A DNA stretch of 63,737 nucleotides, filler included, from Choristocarpus tenellus KU-1152 (GCA_964200185.2; 11 parts of 11 records of this genome joined end to end with filler, not necessarily neighbours in it), one strand, 5' to 3'; positions 8,750 through 23,744 are shown, counted from the whole stretch's first letter. Notes: a model not told the origin generated them from the sequence alone. Numbers and translations: made by a program.

Positions 8750-11650
8750 TTACAGAAAAATGGATCTTCTACCAGTGGTGTCCGCTTGGTGATCAGTTTT
8801 GTCATCTGACGTGAATAAGCCTGAGTTCACCTTGAATGGATCCATTGTGTGTTTAAAAAATGTGTCAAGAAATTGTACTAAGAACACATTTTCCACCTTA
8901 ATCCTTGTTATTTTACATTGATTTATATCAATGGATGTATTGGTATGGTCAGCCTGATGGTATATATTGTAGTGCATGCTTAGACATTCAATATTGATGG
9001 AATCACCAAGCCATGACTAGGTTCAAAACTATCCCTGTGAAAAACATAGTGTAACATCCTACTTTTTAAGTCATTGTGATTAGCTTGTTCTGGTCCATTG
9101 TGGTTCCTTCAAGGAAATCAATGAGATGTACTAGGACAAGGTCATGAGGGCACCCTTTTCTGTTTTTGAGGTTCCTCTGAAAACTGTGCAGTGAGGTAGG
9201 TTGCCAGGTACCTCCTCTGATTAATCTGATAGTGGCTTTGTGTTACTTCAAGGTCTCTTCTTTCATGTCCATTTGGCGTATGGACAGTGGAAGTCGGAAT
9301 GCTTGTGTGCGGTCATATACATGATCATAGGCAGACCCTTCCAACCAGTAGTAACTAGTTCATCGTCAACTTGATGAAGCATGTACAACTGAAGGGTGAA
9401 TGTGGTTGCTCTCCCATACTCAGCTGGCCTTGCAATCTAAGGCACAGCATTTTGGAAGGCCAGATAGGAGTTCCTTTGAGATTTCTTGGGAAAACATGTG
9501 TGAAGGACCTTGATTCTAATTAGGATGATGACATTTCCTCCTGCCATATGCTGAGTGCATTGTGCAACATATTCTATATTAAGAGTAGAACTGTGGGTGA
9601 AGAGATAAAAATGTGGAAGATTTCCCAACAATATTGTGCATCTGAATTGAAGGAATCCTCAGAAATCCTCACAAGGATGGGACTTGTGAGTGTGAACCAT
9701 TTCAGTACCAGTCACAATAACATTTATGAAAGTGGGTACAAACAGATAACTAGACATTCTTCCTATCTCATGTGGCATTCATTAGTATCGGCGGGGAGAT
9801 GATGTCACTGTTCGTGTGATCGATATGGGTGTTGTGTGTGATGAGCAATGAATTGAGTTGCTGGACATATTCTTGTCTTATCATCACAACATATTGATGC
9901 TCTGTGTGTGATACCTTGAATCATGTAGAGGTGATTTGTACTGCCCAACTCATTGAGATGACCTCATGCAGACTGTACTCCTGAACCCTAACCCTAACCG
10001 AAGAGAACACATGTACTCCACTGGTCCCTAAAACCCTGTCTGATCCTTGCTGACAGGTACTGCTGTTATGCCCAAATAATGTGTCCTTGTCACTGTTTTG
10101 AGCTCTGATCAATCATTTTTGTACATGAATCCTCTCTTGCTCATTGAAGAATTTGAACCTAGCACTACCTGATAATGTACACTCACTCATGTGTAGCTCT
10201 GGATATGCTCTATAAACCCTATGTATGTAAATGCACTGTTTTGAGGGTCAGTACTAGCTAAATATTATTGTGGATATTTCACTCAGATACAAATTTATAG
10301 AAAGGTCAATGAATTCGAAAAGGGAGATGCAGTTGTTAAAAAAAAATGGAATGTGTTGAACTAGGATAGTGGATTGTTTACAGGTTGACAAAAAGGTATC
10401 TGCTTGGATTGACTCCCTCCTGTACCACTGTCATCCTTGGTTTTTATCTTCAGCACTACCTACAGCCTCAAGCTCCAACCGAACAAGTCGAACCTGTTCA
10501 CATTTTGAGCAAAAAGAAGTTGGATACAGAACGTAAGTTGAATATACCGATTCTAAAATGAGCACATGATATTGTTTTCATTCTCAATTCCATTCGATCA
10601 AAAATGCATTTTTGTGTATCAAGCTTACACAATAAATTTCCAAGAAGGATGCATTGGATCTCATTAGTATGATTGATTGCCTGCCATTAATCATAGCATT
10701 CCTTTAATAATATTGATTAAAGAACTAACCAATAGTTCAAGTGGGGGAATGGAGAGTGGTATTGAGATTCACACTGTAGTACCACTAACCTGCTCCTCAT
10801 AGATAAAATTCTCTCCATTGTCTAATTGCGCTTTCTTTATCTTGCTGAGCATTTCATCAGCAGTCTCCAGGTGTGTCCTGTGTATTGTGCAAAGGGAAGT
10901 TTAAAGAGATTTATTCAAAATATTCAGGACAAAATATCACGTCTTCCCTACCATGGAACTCAACACAACACAAAACACAATTACAAATTAAATCTTGAGC
11001 ATTTCTGTGAAGCACCCTACACCTCAGGCTTTGTACCCACCACAGTTAACATGGTAAAAAGAGTAATTTTTCAGTAAGGCACACCTTGAAGTAGAGTGTA
11101 CAACATCAAAGAGACCTGCTCTGCATAGGTTACTACTATGTAGTACATGACCAAATATGTTACATGCTTTCATCTGATAGTTTGATGAACAGAATCACTA
11201 ACACAATGTTATAGTTTTTGGCAGGTTCAAGGCATTGTTTTTCATGAAACACAAGGTAAGAGAAGCAAAATAATTTCAGCAGAATGGTGTGTTGGATGGT
11301 TTTGGGCAGTGACAAATCAACACCTATTGACTATACTGAAGTTGTTGCAAAATTAACCCTCCAACAAAGGCAGTCTCCAGTCCCTCCAATTCAGATTCTG
11401 CATGTGATATATCTTGGAATATCATGCTAGTATATTTGAAACAACTAAATAGTGATTGTACATGTTTATATTGCAAAGTAGAGTGCAACAGAGCAATAAA
11501 AAAAATAATAATGCAAGGAGCAACAACTCTTGAGGTGACATGAAGTGACATTTGCATTTTTTTGTAAGCTTTTTGTATACACACTATTGTATTGACCTGC
11601 ATATAATATCTCATCATGGGTACCTTACTGACTGACTGGGTTGGTAGCAT
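8750..11650 (-). mobile_element. Highly degenerate Ty3/gypsy pol relic (RT-RNase H-integrase order)
   Basis: Minus-strand remnants: 'MVGKT*YFVLNI' (~10955-10920, cf. GMVGYYRRFVPNF); 'LFGWSLRL*' followed by 'IQADTFLS' (~10485-10385, cf. LARWxLxL..NxxADxLS); 'AYDHVYDRTQAFRLPL' (~9335-9285, cf. integrase PFELVYGRxxRLP); 'PHDLVLVH' (~9150). Boundaries are approximate. Confidence 0.55.
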
Positions 11651-14326
11651 TGTTGGTATGATGTCAACTTCACAACAATGACTTGAATCTTTTCAAAACT
11701 TTGAAAGTAGAACCATTTTGACAAAAAGATATCTTCAAACTAGTACAAAGATAACAGGGAATCAGCACGGTATGACAATAGTTAAAGATATCAACCGATT
11801 TCTTGTCGTGTCTAATGGTAGGCACTACTCAAAAAATTCCAACGATCGTCTCTTTGGGGCAGTATGGAATAATATTAGTGTTACCTGCACGCACTCTACA
11901 GGTAAGTGACTATAGCAAACCCCAAACAAATGAGTGATTATCACCTGTCCAGGCAGATAGCATGGTTGTGATTTGGGTATGACTGCAGGCCGACTCTGTT
12001 AACATACAGTGGTACCACATTTTGATATCATGGAATGTTTGACAGTATTAGGTCAGGTCTTAAAGGGGATTGGTTTTAACCCTGACTATAGTAGTGATAT
12101 CATGAGATGATTTATGGCTCAATGTCTATAATAAGGCTTCTACTCATGGGTGCAACTTTATTCATGGAACATGATGAACACTAGCAATCAGCATTTTTTA
12201 AGTAGAGGAAATCACTCTTTCGTCATCATGAAAAAATGTCAGCAAATCAGCGACCTTTAATTCCATTCAGTGAATAATAAAACTTTATGAGAAATAAAAA
12301 TCATGCATGTATGAGATAGAAGAGATGGGTGTATCAGCCAATGACAAGCCACTAGGCAAGCCAAGGATTTGAATTTTCTTATTATTGGTGCCTGTATTCA
12401 AATCACTGACGGTAAAAGAAGTCACTTGGGCAGTTCTCTTCGAAAAACGTTTTGATTACATTTGATTACATTAGTGAAATGGTTCTGTTCTACCACTAAT
12501 TTGCATGAAAGAAGTGTGGTGAAAGGATAGATCAAGTGACGAGATTGTGCATGTGTGTGTCATGTCAAGTACAGTGCAAAAATAACAATACCCAGCCAAA
12601 AGCCAGCAGTAGGTGGGCGTATCTCATTATGGTATCCTATGCCCATGTTTTTTTTTTTAAGTTAAAACAAGTGTGAAAAAGCTCTTGTGGTCCATTCCTA
12701 CCCCAAAAGCTGTTCAACACAGATTTAAAATGCGCCACCTTGCTCTGCAGTAATTACTTTTAAAAAGTCAAGTCAGGTTTGTACCCCATAATTGGGTCCC
12801 AGTACAATATCTGAGTATAATATCTGACAGCCCTGTTGTGGATGTGTCATAAAATATTGAACCGGTCCAGCTCATAGACTGGTTAGATTGGATCTGCCCC
12901 ATACAGCAAAATAAACATAAAACCCACATAGGTATGATGGTTGTAGTCATGTGTTATCTCATCACACTCTTAATCACAGGACTGCAACATGTCTGTGATC
13001 TCATCAACATTCTTATCACAAAAAATCGATTGCCTACTTTTTATTTACATTACATAATAATAATAAATAAGAACAAGGGTAAGTGGGCGGCATGGTGGTG
13101 ATTACATGTATCCACATACCTAGCAATACCTACTAACATGTTAATATGTTTTTTGGGATTACGCACCTAGCAACCAATGCACCTTTATTATTATATCATT
13201 TTTTTAAATTTCATCATATGATCATACCACACATAGCATCCACACTGTATAGTCTTCTTTACGATCATAAAACTTTGAAATGAACAAGTACAATGCTTTG
13301 ACATGAACAAGTACACTGCTTTGACATGAACAAGTACAGTGCCTGTACTTAGACATAGCAACTGTATGTACCTATTCATTAAAATAACAACTATGGCTTT
13401 ACATCAGAATATATTTATACCTCCCAAGGATATGACTGAGGGCTTAAGGGGAACATAGATAACAATACAAATAGTACCTCTGTTTTATAATTATTGTCTG
13501 TTCACTGCACCAGCTTTAACAACTTCCCAGTAGAATCATAACATCACACCACAGATATTGTTATCAGTAACACCTTTACATTTGCAGCACAACCAAGATT
13601 GCCAAATAACTTGAAACTGCCATCTGGCAATGAAGGCTCAAAGTTAGGGTATTTGAGATACCAATCCCCTGAAAAGACCAACTGTTCAGTCACAAACAGT
13701 TCACGAAAACCTATCGTTGGTTAAAAAACACCGCTTGCAGTGAATTGCCTTGAATGGAATTTGAATGGAATTCATCAACAGTCTTTTCACAGTCAGACTC
13801 ACGATGCTTGTGAAGGGATTGGTGTTAAAAATCGGACAACTTACCAACAAATAGTCCAATTGGAATTTTTCAGTTACATTTAGTTTTCAACTCCTATCCA
13901 ATGATTCAATAATTGGTTATGGGGAATCACTGAGTGGTCATTGCACCTACCAACAGCCATGTGTGTCAAGGAAGACAGACAGCTTCAGATAACCAATTGT
14001 TACACTGCACACACAAGAGGTTGACCCAATATACAGCAAACCTTGGGAGCATAATCCCAACTAGAGGGCATGAAACCCAAGCTATGTCTAAAAAATGCTG
14101 CAAATGTCATTTTAGATCATGTGTCCATGTTGAGGTTAGACTTATTTGATGCAAAAGGTGGAATAACTGACACAAAAGAACCTGTCCTATCCACATGAAT
14201 GACACATGAATGACAAACATTATAAATCTGCTATTGCACTCTTCATCTGAGGCCTCCTTCAAAAGCTACAGAACAGACAATGTCTACAAAACAATGTCTA
14301 CAAAAAAGACATAGTAGGTCAAATCG

Positions 14327-14401
14327 CATAGAAAGTGTTTCATAGAAAGTGTTTCATAGAAAGTGTTTCATAGAAAGTGTTTCATAGAAAGTGTTTCATA
14401 G
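14327..14401. repeat. Perfect 14-bp tandem repeat (CATAGAAAGTGTTT) x5 plus a partial unit
   Basis: Read directly; no spacers between units. Confidence 0.95.
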
Positions 14402-14861
14402 TCGTGGGAAGGATGTCACCAATACAAAATATGCATACTGGTAAAAGTAAGGTACGTACTTGGCAGTTTTTCCGTTTCAAAAACCAAAGTTATAGTACAT
14501 GCCATCTTATATTTGCATGTGTAAGCTCTAGATGTGAAGTGGTTGTGTACATCTAGGGACTACATCTAGGGACTACAATTGATAACCGCTCCATGCAATG
14601 TACATGTCAGTATTTTGATCTGCTTTCTAGACCTCCAAGAGACCCTCCTCCACCTGGCCAGCATATCTAAAACAAAATCAGCCCAACTCCTTCTACAACA
14701 TAACCTTTTGAACTTTGAACTGCTATTCTTCATTTAACCCTAACCCTTAGCAACAAGTACAGCGCCAGAATCCTAAGTGTAACCATAACCAATTATTGCA
14801 TTGAAACTGTATCAAATACCAATTACACCACATGTAACACATGGAACACTTACAAACTTAC

Positions 14862-14974
14862 CTTGCACTTTTAAGATCTGGGGGCTCCATCCTCAGAAAT
14901 CCAACACCCAAAAGATACCAAATCTCCACATTTTCGTCATCTTCTTGCATGAGGTCCCACAGTAAATCAAGTCC
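14862..14974 (-). CDS. Internal exon of an ACL4-like (Rpl4 assembly chaperone) TPR protein; rest of gene not resolved
   Basis: 113-nt exon flanked by AG and GTAAGT, encoding GLDLLWDLMQEDDENVEIWYLLGVGFLRMEPPDLKSA. This resembles the Acl4 motif LLxEDDxxVExWYLLG. Confidence 0.6.
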
Positions 14975-16288
14975 CTGGTGAAGTGTGAAGTGTCATGGCA
15001 ATGCAGAGGCAAATGTTGTTATTCCTACTTGTTTATTGCTCAAGGGGCAAAAATACTACTAATACTTACCAGGACTTTTAAAATATACTTGGTTGCAGTA
15101 TTCGAGTTATACTTGTGGATAGTGACTGGCAACAATTCTAAAGACAAAAATGACTATGATATATGACTGATACAAACTTGTACCAATATATTACTGAACC
15201 TCTTTGTTTTTGATGTTCCCCACACTTGTATATCATACACAGTGTATTTATGAATGAAGACCATGTCCACTGCAATGATCATACTCTACTAGACAAAGGT
15301 TACAAAGACTCACGAGAATTAACATGTACTTTACACCTACAGGTAGATACACATCCCACCATCTCATCACACAAATATCCTACTATTTATTAACAATGAG
15401 TTTTGTGTTTTTCCTTTATTAGGGATAAATTGAGATCTCTGCGGCTGTTGAGAGCTTCACTCCAAGTGCCTTAAAATGAATGTCTGCAACAGTGGTACAT
15501 CCTTTTCCAACCGAATACTTGCTGCCTTCTGAAAAAAAAAGGATTGTCTGGTGTAGCATAAAAACTTCTAAATGTGGTCTTGAATGTCAATGAAAATGTA
15601 AGTAATAAAAACCCTTTCATTTTTACTTTTATTTATTTTATTGATGAGGGTTGGAACATCGTTCATTTACTTTTATTTACTTTGGTGTCACTGGACAACC
15701 ACACAAACCATCCTGCAAGTATGGTATACATATGGTATATATACATTTAAAATAAAAATTGAAGGAGGGGATGGGGTTGTGGAGGTGATATAGAAAGGCA
15801 ACGACAGTGCGCGAGACAGGCAGGGGCAAGGAACAAATATAAGTGGAGGGATTAACCCAGCTCTAGGAATAGATACACCGGTCTCAATTTCACAGAATGG
15901 AGAAGGATGGATAGAGAACAGAATGAGCCCACATGGGGATGAGGTGGAGGTGATCGAGGATGGGAATGGCGGCTCAAGAGATAGGCACGGGCAAGGGGGG
16001 AACATAAGCAGAGCACACCACTCCACTTTGGAAATAGGTAGACATAATTCGTCTCAGAAGAATGGCGAAGCCCAGACGGAAAATCGAACGAGTACCCAAG
16101 GGGAGGTGGTAGAGGTGGTAGAGGTGGTAGAGGCACACAGCAATGGTAGCAGGGAGAGATGGAGTCGGAGAGGTGGTAGAGGCACACAACAATGGTAGCA
16201 GGGAGAGGGACCCGCCCCTACACGGCTTTGAGGAGGAGGAGGCAGGAGAGGAGGTGATAAGAGATATTACGGGGCTTCGAAGGCCAGC

Positions 16289-16388
16289 NNNNNNNNNNNN
16301 NNNNNNNNNNNNNNNNNNNNNNNNNNNNNNNNTTAATTAATTAANNNNNNNNNNNNNNNNNNNNNNNNNNNNNNNNNNNNNNNNNNNN
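16289..16388. other. Artificial contig-joining spacer (N44-TTAATTAATTAA-N44); identical spacers at 21384-21483, 24084-24183, 33213-33312, 36129-36228, 39725-39824, 45293-45392, 50920-51019, 55012-55111, 58675-58774
   Basis: Ten identical 100-nt linkers whose core has stop codons in all six frames. Confidence 0.98.
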
Positions 16389-16428
<40 letters not shown>

Positions 16429-16532
16429 AAAAAAAAAAAAAAAAAAAGGTTTGGGCAGGCAGGGGGGGGGGGGAGAGGTTGGGGGGTTAGGGTTAGGGTT
16501 AGGACAGGGAAAGACAAAGGGATCGAACTTGC

Positions 16533-19030
16533 CCCAGACCACTCCTCCAGGATGGGGCGGATGCCCTCAAAGATCTTAGACTTGAGGATACCATTCTCAG
16601 GGAGGGTAACCATGTAGCTGGGTGCCTCCACGCTGTTAGTGAACACATTGTGTTGTCCCCAGACCTCCTTCTTGGGTGAGTACCTTTTTGTGAGATCAGA
16701 AAATGACGAGAGCTATCGATGTTAGGGTTTATTCCGTTGGCAATGCCTGTGGATGCGCGAGCGTGTGAAGAACAACTCAAGTCGCAACGTCAAATTAAAC
16801 ATAGAGTGCCAAAACCTTTGAGAAAGATACATATACTATGGTCTCACAGCATGAGACGCGAATGAGCGCCTTTTTCCAAATCCCATCACTCCTGTCCTCA
16901 TTATAGGGGACACACCAAAAACTATTTCCGCAACTCCTTGGTGACTCTACTCTCCCAAAGATTGACACTCCGTAAACACAGGAGCATGGTTGGAGGGGAG
17001 CTGGTCACTAAATGTTTTCTACTTCTGAGGGTATTCTCTACACGGCTATCAAGGGGTAAGGGAGGAAAAATCTGATGTGTCTGTTGCTACGATGCAAATG
17101 ATACCTGGAATAGATGCCCCTTCCCTTATCCTCCCCCCAAACTCCCTTCAACCATCAACTTATTGCACTATTTTCATAGATCATGAAAAAAATATTATTT
17201 TCTTCAAGTAGCAGATGATCATCCACTAACCCCAAAAAGACTCTTGGGTTCCACAACAAGAGGCAAGTCGAGACTACCATCGATTTAACAGCACCACCAG
17301 TCCCCACCACTATACAAGTAACTTTCAAAAACAAAATTAAAAATATTGGGGAGGAATAAAAACATTCCATTCCCCAGTGCAAAAAAAAAAAAGGCACTAC
17401 TGTATGTATACCTTTTCTCTGTTCCGGTGATCGAAAAAGGGGCTGAAGGGCAAAAACAGATTCTTAATATAAATCAGCTGAAGGGAAACACGCATCGATC
17501 AGACCAAACAATCCCTGCAGTAAAGTAAACAGCAGAGAGACACCCCCCCTCCCTTTTCCTTAGAGCCTACAACTAACAAAATCCCATCAAGCCATTTTCA
17601 TTTTTTTTTAAACTCCAAATAAATGAAATATTCAAACGCCCTAAAATAAATAAGAATGTCAAGACAACAAAATGACCCACTTGTTCTCTTCGTAGTATGT
17701 CTTGACAGCATCCCACACATCATCAGGAACTCGCTCCCTCCTGAAACCCAGCTCTGTGAAGGTTGGGAGACCCCTGGGCTGAATAATGTTGTTGCTTTCC
17801 CTACCTCTGTCTGCTCGAAGCCGGGCCTCCCTCGATGCATTATCATTCTAAAAAATTCACACCACCCGAGGTATCAGGATCAAACGGGGAGGGGTGTGTG
17901 TGTGTGTGTGTGTGTGTGTGACTAATAGTCCACAAGTATTAAAAAGGCACTAGGCCTAGGTACAGTACAGTACCATGGTATTGCAGTTCAATTTTTTTTG
18001 TCATATTGAAGTATATTAGGACAGAAGAGACTGTGATTAATCCTATTCTTACACCAACTAAAAGTGAATAAATGCTTCACTGCATTCCTCAAGTGGAGTG
18101 CTTCACAATGAGCACACACTGCACCAATCCTGCCACAAAATCAAATACTCAAGGATAGAGATAGGCACTGTGTCTACCACAACATAAGCCTCTCAGCCAC
18201 GCGCTCTTGATCATGATGGCATTGTGGACGGCCAGACTCGTTGAGGGAAATAAATCCTACCACAAACCAGTTACTCGTATCATTCATTCTGTTCTCTCTA
18301 CACCTCAGAAACATTCATTCTGATATTAATCACCCTTACACTTCATTAAAATACCCCCACCCCACCCCCCCAACACACAAAAGCACAATTTCACAAGAAC
18401 GCGCACATCTCAAGCTTCATATCCTCTTGCACATACATCTACACATACAAAAGATATCCAAGGACAAAACTTTGCAAGCAAGCACACAAACGTAGACGGA
18501 TACATAGACTACGTAGTACTGAGTCAACACCTGTGTCTTATCACTTGAACTCCATAATAACAATAGGTGAGGATGGATAGAGAAATAGACAAGTCAGCCA
18601 ACAAGAATCAAGAATCTCATACCCTAAATCCCGCTCCTAACCCTCCACTGGTCCAGAGAGTGTTTGGGGCTACTTCAACCAAAAACGTACACCTCGAACA
18701 CCTTTACCCCCCCCCAAAACAATCTCATTATCACACCCCATAGGTACTGCAAGCAAAAACATCAAACATTCACCTGAACAAATACTCCACAAATACACCC
18801 TCTGCCCCCCCCCCCATTCCATCTGTCCAACTAAGCATAGCCTCCCACCTCCAGTTGTCTTCCTTCAGAGTTCCCACAGGTCTCCACATTGCAGGATCGA
18901 TCCGCCACCGTGAATAGACCATGCCCAAAGACCATGTATCTCTGTACCTCCTCTCCTGAGTCCCTATTTACTGCAATCAGAACCGTAGACTTGAAGGTGG
19001 ACATCCAGTTCTCCCTACCCGGTGCTAAGC
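16533..19030 (-). CDS. Partial multi-exon gene, stramenopile-type 2OG-Fe(II) oxygenase/prolyl-hydroxylase-like protein; 3' part lost at contig end
   Basis: Exon ~16683-16533 reads KEVWGQHNVFTNSVEAPSYMVTLPENGILKSKIFEGIRPILEEWSG. Exon ~17847-17775 reads REARLRADRGRESNNIIQP. These match the NxxQP..NxWxAPxxM..PxLExWxG pattern that precedes YGIRxY/HVD in this algal family. A possible upstream exon lies at ~19030-18934. The catalytic motif is not in the window. Confidence 0.5.
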
Positions 19031-21303
19031 TAAGCAGCAATAAACAATCAAAACAGTATCGTCACAGTGGTGTCAATGTCTAGGTGAGGGAACAGAGGAG
19101 GGGTGATTAAAGAGTGTTAAGTAATTTTCATGGTGAATGAGGCGGAAGAACACTGGATAGGGGTTCCACCCTTCAAGATGATGTTGGGGGTATTTTAGTG
19201 CGGCAATACTACTGAGTGGGAGAGAGAGAGAGAGAGAGATGGAGGCAGGAGGTAAAAACTCACACACATAGAAAATTAGTTTTTTTTATAATTGCTAGGT
19301 GAAAAAGACCCAGGCACAACTCAACTCCAACAAGTCAAGCGATTTTTTTACATCACACCTTAGGAATAGAATAGTCCCTCCCGAAATAAAACGTACTTTT
19401 ATTTTGCACTTTTTTTTTTAGAAAGAGATTTAAAGTAGAACTGCAATGGCGCGCCATTCCACCCACCTGAAAAAAATATATGAACAGTAATTTTTTTTTT
19501 CCAAGACCCATCACAAAATGAAGGAAAAATCTATTTCGTATCCTCGTGGGAAAAAATGCTCTCAAGGGTCAGAACACAATGCCTCTACACAGATCGTTAG
19601 CAAAATACGAGCTTGACATTCACCTCTAGGAACTGTACTCCTAGAAATAGTTCATGTACTCTTATGGTCATGTATCCCTTATCCACACATGGTTGTACCA
19701 TGCTGATTAAAGTCATGCTACATAGTAATAGCTTTAGAAAAAAATTGTGATAGTCGCCCAGGATTCAAGAGTCATCAACTCACTAAGCCCATGGGTGCAG
19801 GATTAATCCCCGCTATGAACTTGGTCTCCAACTACTGCTGCTACACAAGCAAACCTCAACCCATCCCACCCTCCCAATCCTCCTGTCCCCCCTCCCTTCT
19901 CTTCACAGGAGGAACTAGGTGTTAAAAGCACACAATAAAAAATGGAACCAGCGGGGATTCATGAGCTCACAGTAGCTAAAATAAAAAAGATAAATTGTAC
20001 AAAAGGTTACAGCGAATAGTAAAGTGTGATACAATATACAAAAAAATATTGTAGTAGAAGTACTATACTATACTATGTAGTGGTAGAGTAAATACTTGGA
20101 TTTAAAGTTCCAAAAAAAGGTGTAGGACATAATACTCTACAGCTGCTTGCAATGAAAACAAATGCTTCAAATTAAAAAATGTAATGCATACACCAATAAA
20201 ATAAAATAAAATAAGCGCTCAGTCACCAGGCCAGCATCAATCAGCACCCTGCAGTTAGTGTCTCAAGCACACACACACCCTTGACAGTCCCAGGCAAGGG
20301 TGTGAATAATAAAAAATAAATCAAAATCTTACGTTGATTCGAGGCAACAGACTTGCGCCTGCCATGGATAGAAATTCTACAGTTCTTTTTTTATTTTAAC
20401 CAAGACGGGTTGGATAGATTCAAGTCCATAGGGTTGAACTGACTACCATCACAACTCCTGAGAAATCAAGGCCCTAACCCTACAAAAATAAAAAATAAAA
20501 TGGGATACATCGATCAGCAATGTTCAAGGCACAAAAATCATGCTACATAGTACCACACAGCCCTCGAGATTCTGCTGCTCAATTCGATAACAAGCACGCA
20601 CAAAAAAACTGTAGCATCAAACAGAAAAAATCACTCCTCCATATCGGAGATTGAGTCACAAAGTGTCATTGAATAACAAAGCAAGGATGAATTCAAAGGA
20701 ATGAAACAAATAACCAACAAACATAATCCCAACCTTTCAAGCGCAGCACGCAGAAAATCCAACTAGACGTCACCTGCACAACACAACACAGTACACAATA
20801 ACATTTCCTCACTCTCACTTTTTCACATGTGTTGGTCTCATTGGCTCATCCCACCACACATACAAGATGTCAAGGGGGAAGTCCATCTCGTTGATAACCC
20901 CCACATTTACTAGCTGTGACCTCACAGCCGCTGTATAAAACATCCTGCTCACACATGGGTGAAGCGCGTTAAGAGAGGAAGTGTAGATGTGGGAGGTAGG
21001 GTCGGCAAAAGACAGGAGAAAACTTCGCTTTCTTTTTTACTAGATGGTAACCACATCTTCACTTATTTTGACTACTCAAAAGATTTTGGGAATAAAGACT
21101 CATCCATGATATGTGCGTCCACTGCAGTCCCGAAGGAGACCAGAGGGAAAAGCCTTAGACATCAAATCTGATACAGAGATGTACAACTTCAATTGCTTCC
21201 ACTTGCAGAGTGTCGACATCTATCAAACGACAGTTACAAAAACGAAATAAAAAGTCACCTGGCACAGAGGTTACGCTGGAAGAGATGCAATACATAAATC
21301 CCA

Positions 21304-21336
<33 letters not shown>

Positions 21337-21483
21337 CGTAGGAGGCTAGGGTGACGGGAAGGGAGGCCAACACCGCCTAAAAANNNNNNNNNNNNNNNNN
21401 NNNNNNNNNNNNNNNNNNNNNNNNNNNTTAATTAATTAANNNNNNNNNNNNNNNNNNNNNNNNNNNNNNNNNNNNNNNNNNNN

Positions 21484-23744
21484 AGATACTGCACACCGTC
21501 ATGGCACACGGGTGCTGGGCACCTTTATTACGGAGTGGGAAGAAGGTCATGCGGAGTGTAGCAAGCTCCTCTGCTCTGAGGTAAGTTGACCCGCTGGATC
21601 TTCCATGTTATTTTTTTGTGCAGCTTATTGTGCTGAAGTGCTAGAATGTGAATTGTTTATGGGGATCTCCACTGTGGGCATGAGAAACGACGTCATCTCT
21701 TCGTGCAATCAGAACTATGGTACAACAAGCGTATTGTGTCCTTGCTTGGGCTTCTCGAAGAGAGCCCAACATTGTGAACTTGGAACATGCGCATAACGAT
21801 GCATACACTCCATTTCAACTTGCTTTGCTGAGGGCGACACATTAGTGTCACAGTTACTTGCCTCATGGAAATATAGTAAGATGTTACAGATGACTTTCCA
21901 CGATCATCTGGTGCAGTACCTCATGGCTACGCCACCAGTGCATACTGCTGAGGTGATGCGCTGAGGCCACCTTCCCTCCTTCTGTAAGAACAACGCAACC
22001 GTTAGAATGGTAAGCAAAGTTGTGATCTTCCTCCTTCACTATCTCACCTGTATTTTTTTCGAGGCAGCTGGAGGGAGTTGTTGTCTATAAGTCAATCAGG
22101 ATATTTTAGCAGTGGTTAGAATGCCTGTCATGCTTTGTTTCTATCCTTGCCATATCTGAAACACACAAAAAGCACAACCCTGCTTCAATGCACTACTTGC
22201 CCTTCCTCAGGAAACTATTTTTGCTGGAGCTGAGAGGATGGCTTTGATTGCGATCGATTATGGCTTTGACGGATGGCTGGTGAACATTGAGAATCCACTG
22301 GATGTGCGGCAGGAACTGGCAGGAATGGTAACATTTCTCAAGGTGCGTCACACAAGATTATTGAAGTCTGATCCAATAGATACATCACAGCTATTGCAAC
22401 ATTGACACTATCTGTAAGGTCTGCAGGTATGTCATGATCCAAACCCAATGCTACAAGTGACATAGCTTTCAGGCTTGATATACAACCGTTGCGGTGGATG
22501 GATTTATTGAATTCCTCTTGGACATCCCTTGTGTTGCGGATCAAAGGACGGGTTGACCTCCTCTCTATACTTCCCATCCCCATTTTGCAAGAGTTTTATT
22601 ATTATTATTATTTTTATCATGAATGAGTAAATGATCGCCATTCACACTTAATAACATGCACACAATAGCACAGCATACATAAAACACACAACCTCATCCT
22701 CTCCATGCTTTGTCATCTTTTCCCCTCTTGCACCATCGCCTGGACTGGTGGACTCTTGGATCAGGTTCTGACAAGCTGTATGCACAAGAAACTCCCTGGG
22801 TCTGTTGTGATGTGGTACGACAGCGTGACCAGTGAGGGGGACCTGAAGTGGCAAAACTGCCTCAACTCACACAATCAAGTGTTTTTTGATGCATGTGATG
22901 GCATTTACACCAACTATGCATGGAAGGATGACACTCCGCAGAGGTTCGGTTTCACATTTTTTTTAGTGCAATGGTGGGACAGGAGGGGTAGCTAGTGAGG
23001 TATTGCTCCTCCGCTGCTTGAGGTTGGAGGATGTCCCTGATTTTCACTCCAATCGACAGGACTGTTTCCTTGAGAGTGCATGTGTTACATTGGTGAAGAG
23101 TTTATGGGTTGGCAGTTGCAATGTGAACAAGTGAATCCTGTTGGGGCGATGGAGACTCTGGGATGTTTTTCGATAACATGTTTTTTTTTTTGTACTATGA
23201 CCCCTCCCGTTCAATCCGTTTCTATCATTATCGTTGATATCACTCATCTTGGTATTACCCCTTGGTAGCACTGATCTTGTACGTCTCAACTTCTAATTCT
23301 TTGATGTGCCTTAGCTTCAATGATGTCTGGGAAAGGGCTTGCTATTCACATGTTTTTACATTAGTGTGTTTAGTTTCTTCCAGAGTCTTTTTTGATGATA
23401 TGTTGTCTTCTTCCCCTGTTCTCTTTTTATTTATTTATTTTGCCTCCTTTCAATGTGTGCAGCAATTTTTTTTAATGCTGGACTGATGCAGTTGGCTCTT
23501 CCACATTTTGGGACTCATGTGCTTGCTGCCCATTATTTCTTAATCTTAGCAAAGGGAGTTGTAGATTTGTCCTGTTTTACTATCATATGCCCTGGCTTGC
23601 TGTCTAAAATGCGGTGGCATCTGTTGCCCCTGATGCTACACAAGGTGTGCAATTGAGGCTAAGGATCGCCGCTTTGATGTGTACATGGGCATTGATGTCT
23701 TTGGTCGAGGCACATGGGGAGGGGGCGGTATGGACTCGAGCAAG
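21484..23744 (+). CDS. ENGASE: Cytosolic endo-beta-N-acetylglucosaminidase (GH85), internal exons ~21484-21580, 22211-22327, 22765-22943, ~23657-23744; truncated at both contig ends
   Basis: Motifs read from the exons: AHRHGTRVLGTFITEW; YGFDGWLVNIEN (catalytic N-x-E); VMWYDSVTSEGDLKWQNCLNSHNQVFFDACDGIYTNYAW; DVYMGIDVFGRGTWGGGG. Confidence 0.93.

Noticed and set aside
14327-14401. Possible CRISPR-like array (also the 77-bp units at 33393-33612 and the duplication at 57621-57708)
   Set aside because: These are head-to-tail tandem repeats with no unique spacers and no cas genes, in a eukaryotic context.
15760-16288. Purine-rich ORFs with GAGGTGGTA repeats
   Set aside because: Low-complexity repeats at a contig end with no domain signal.
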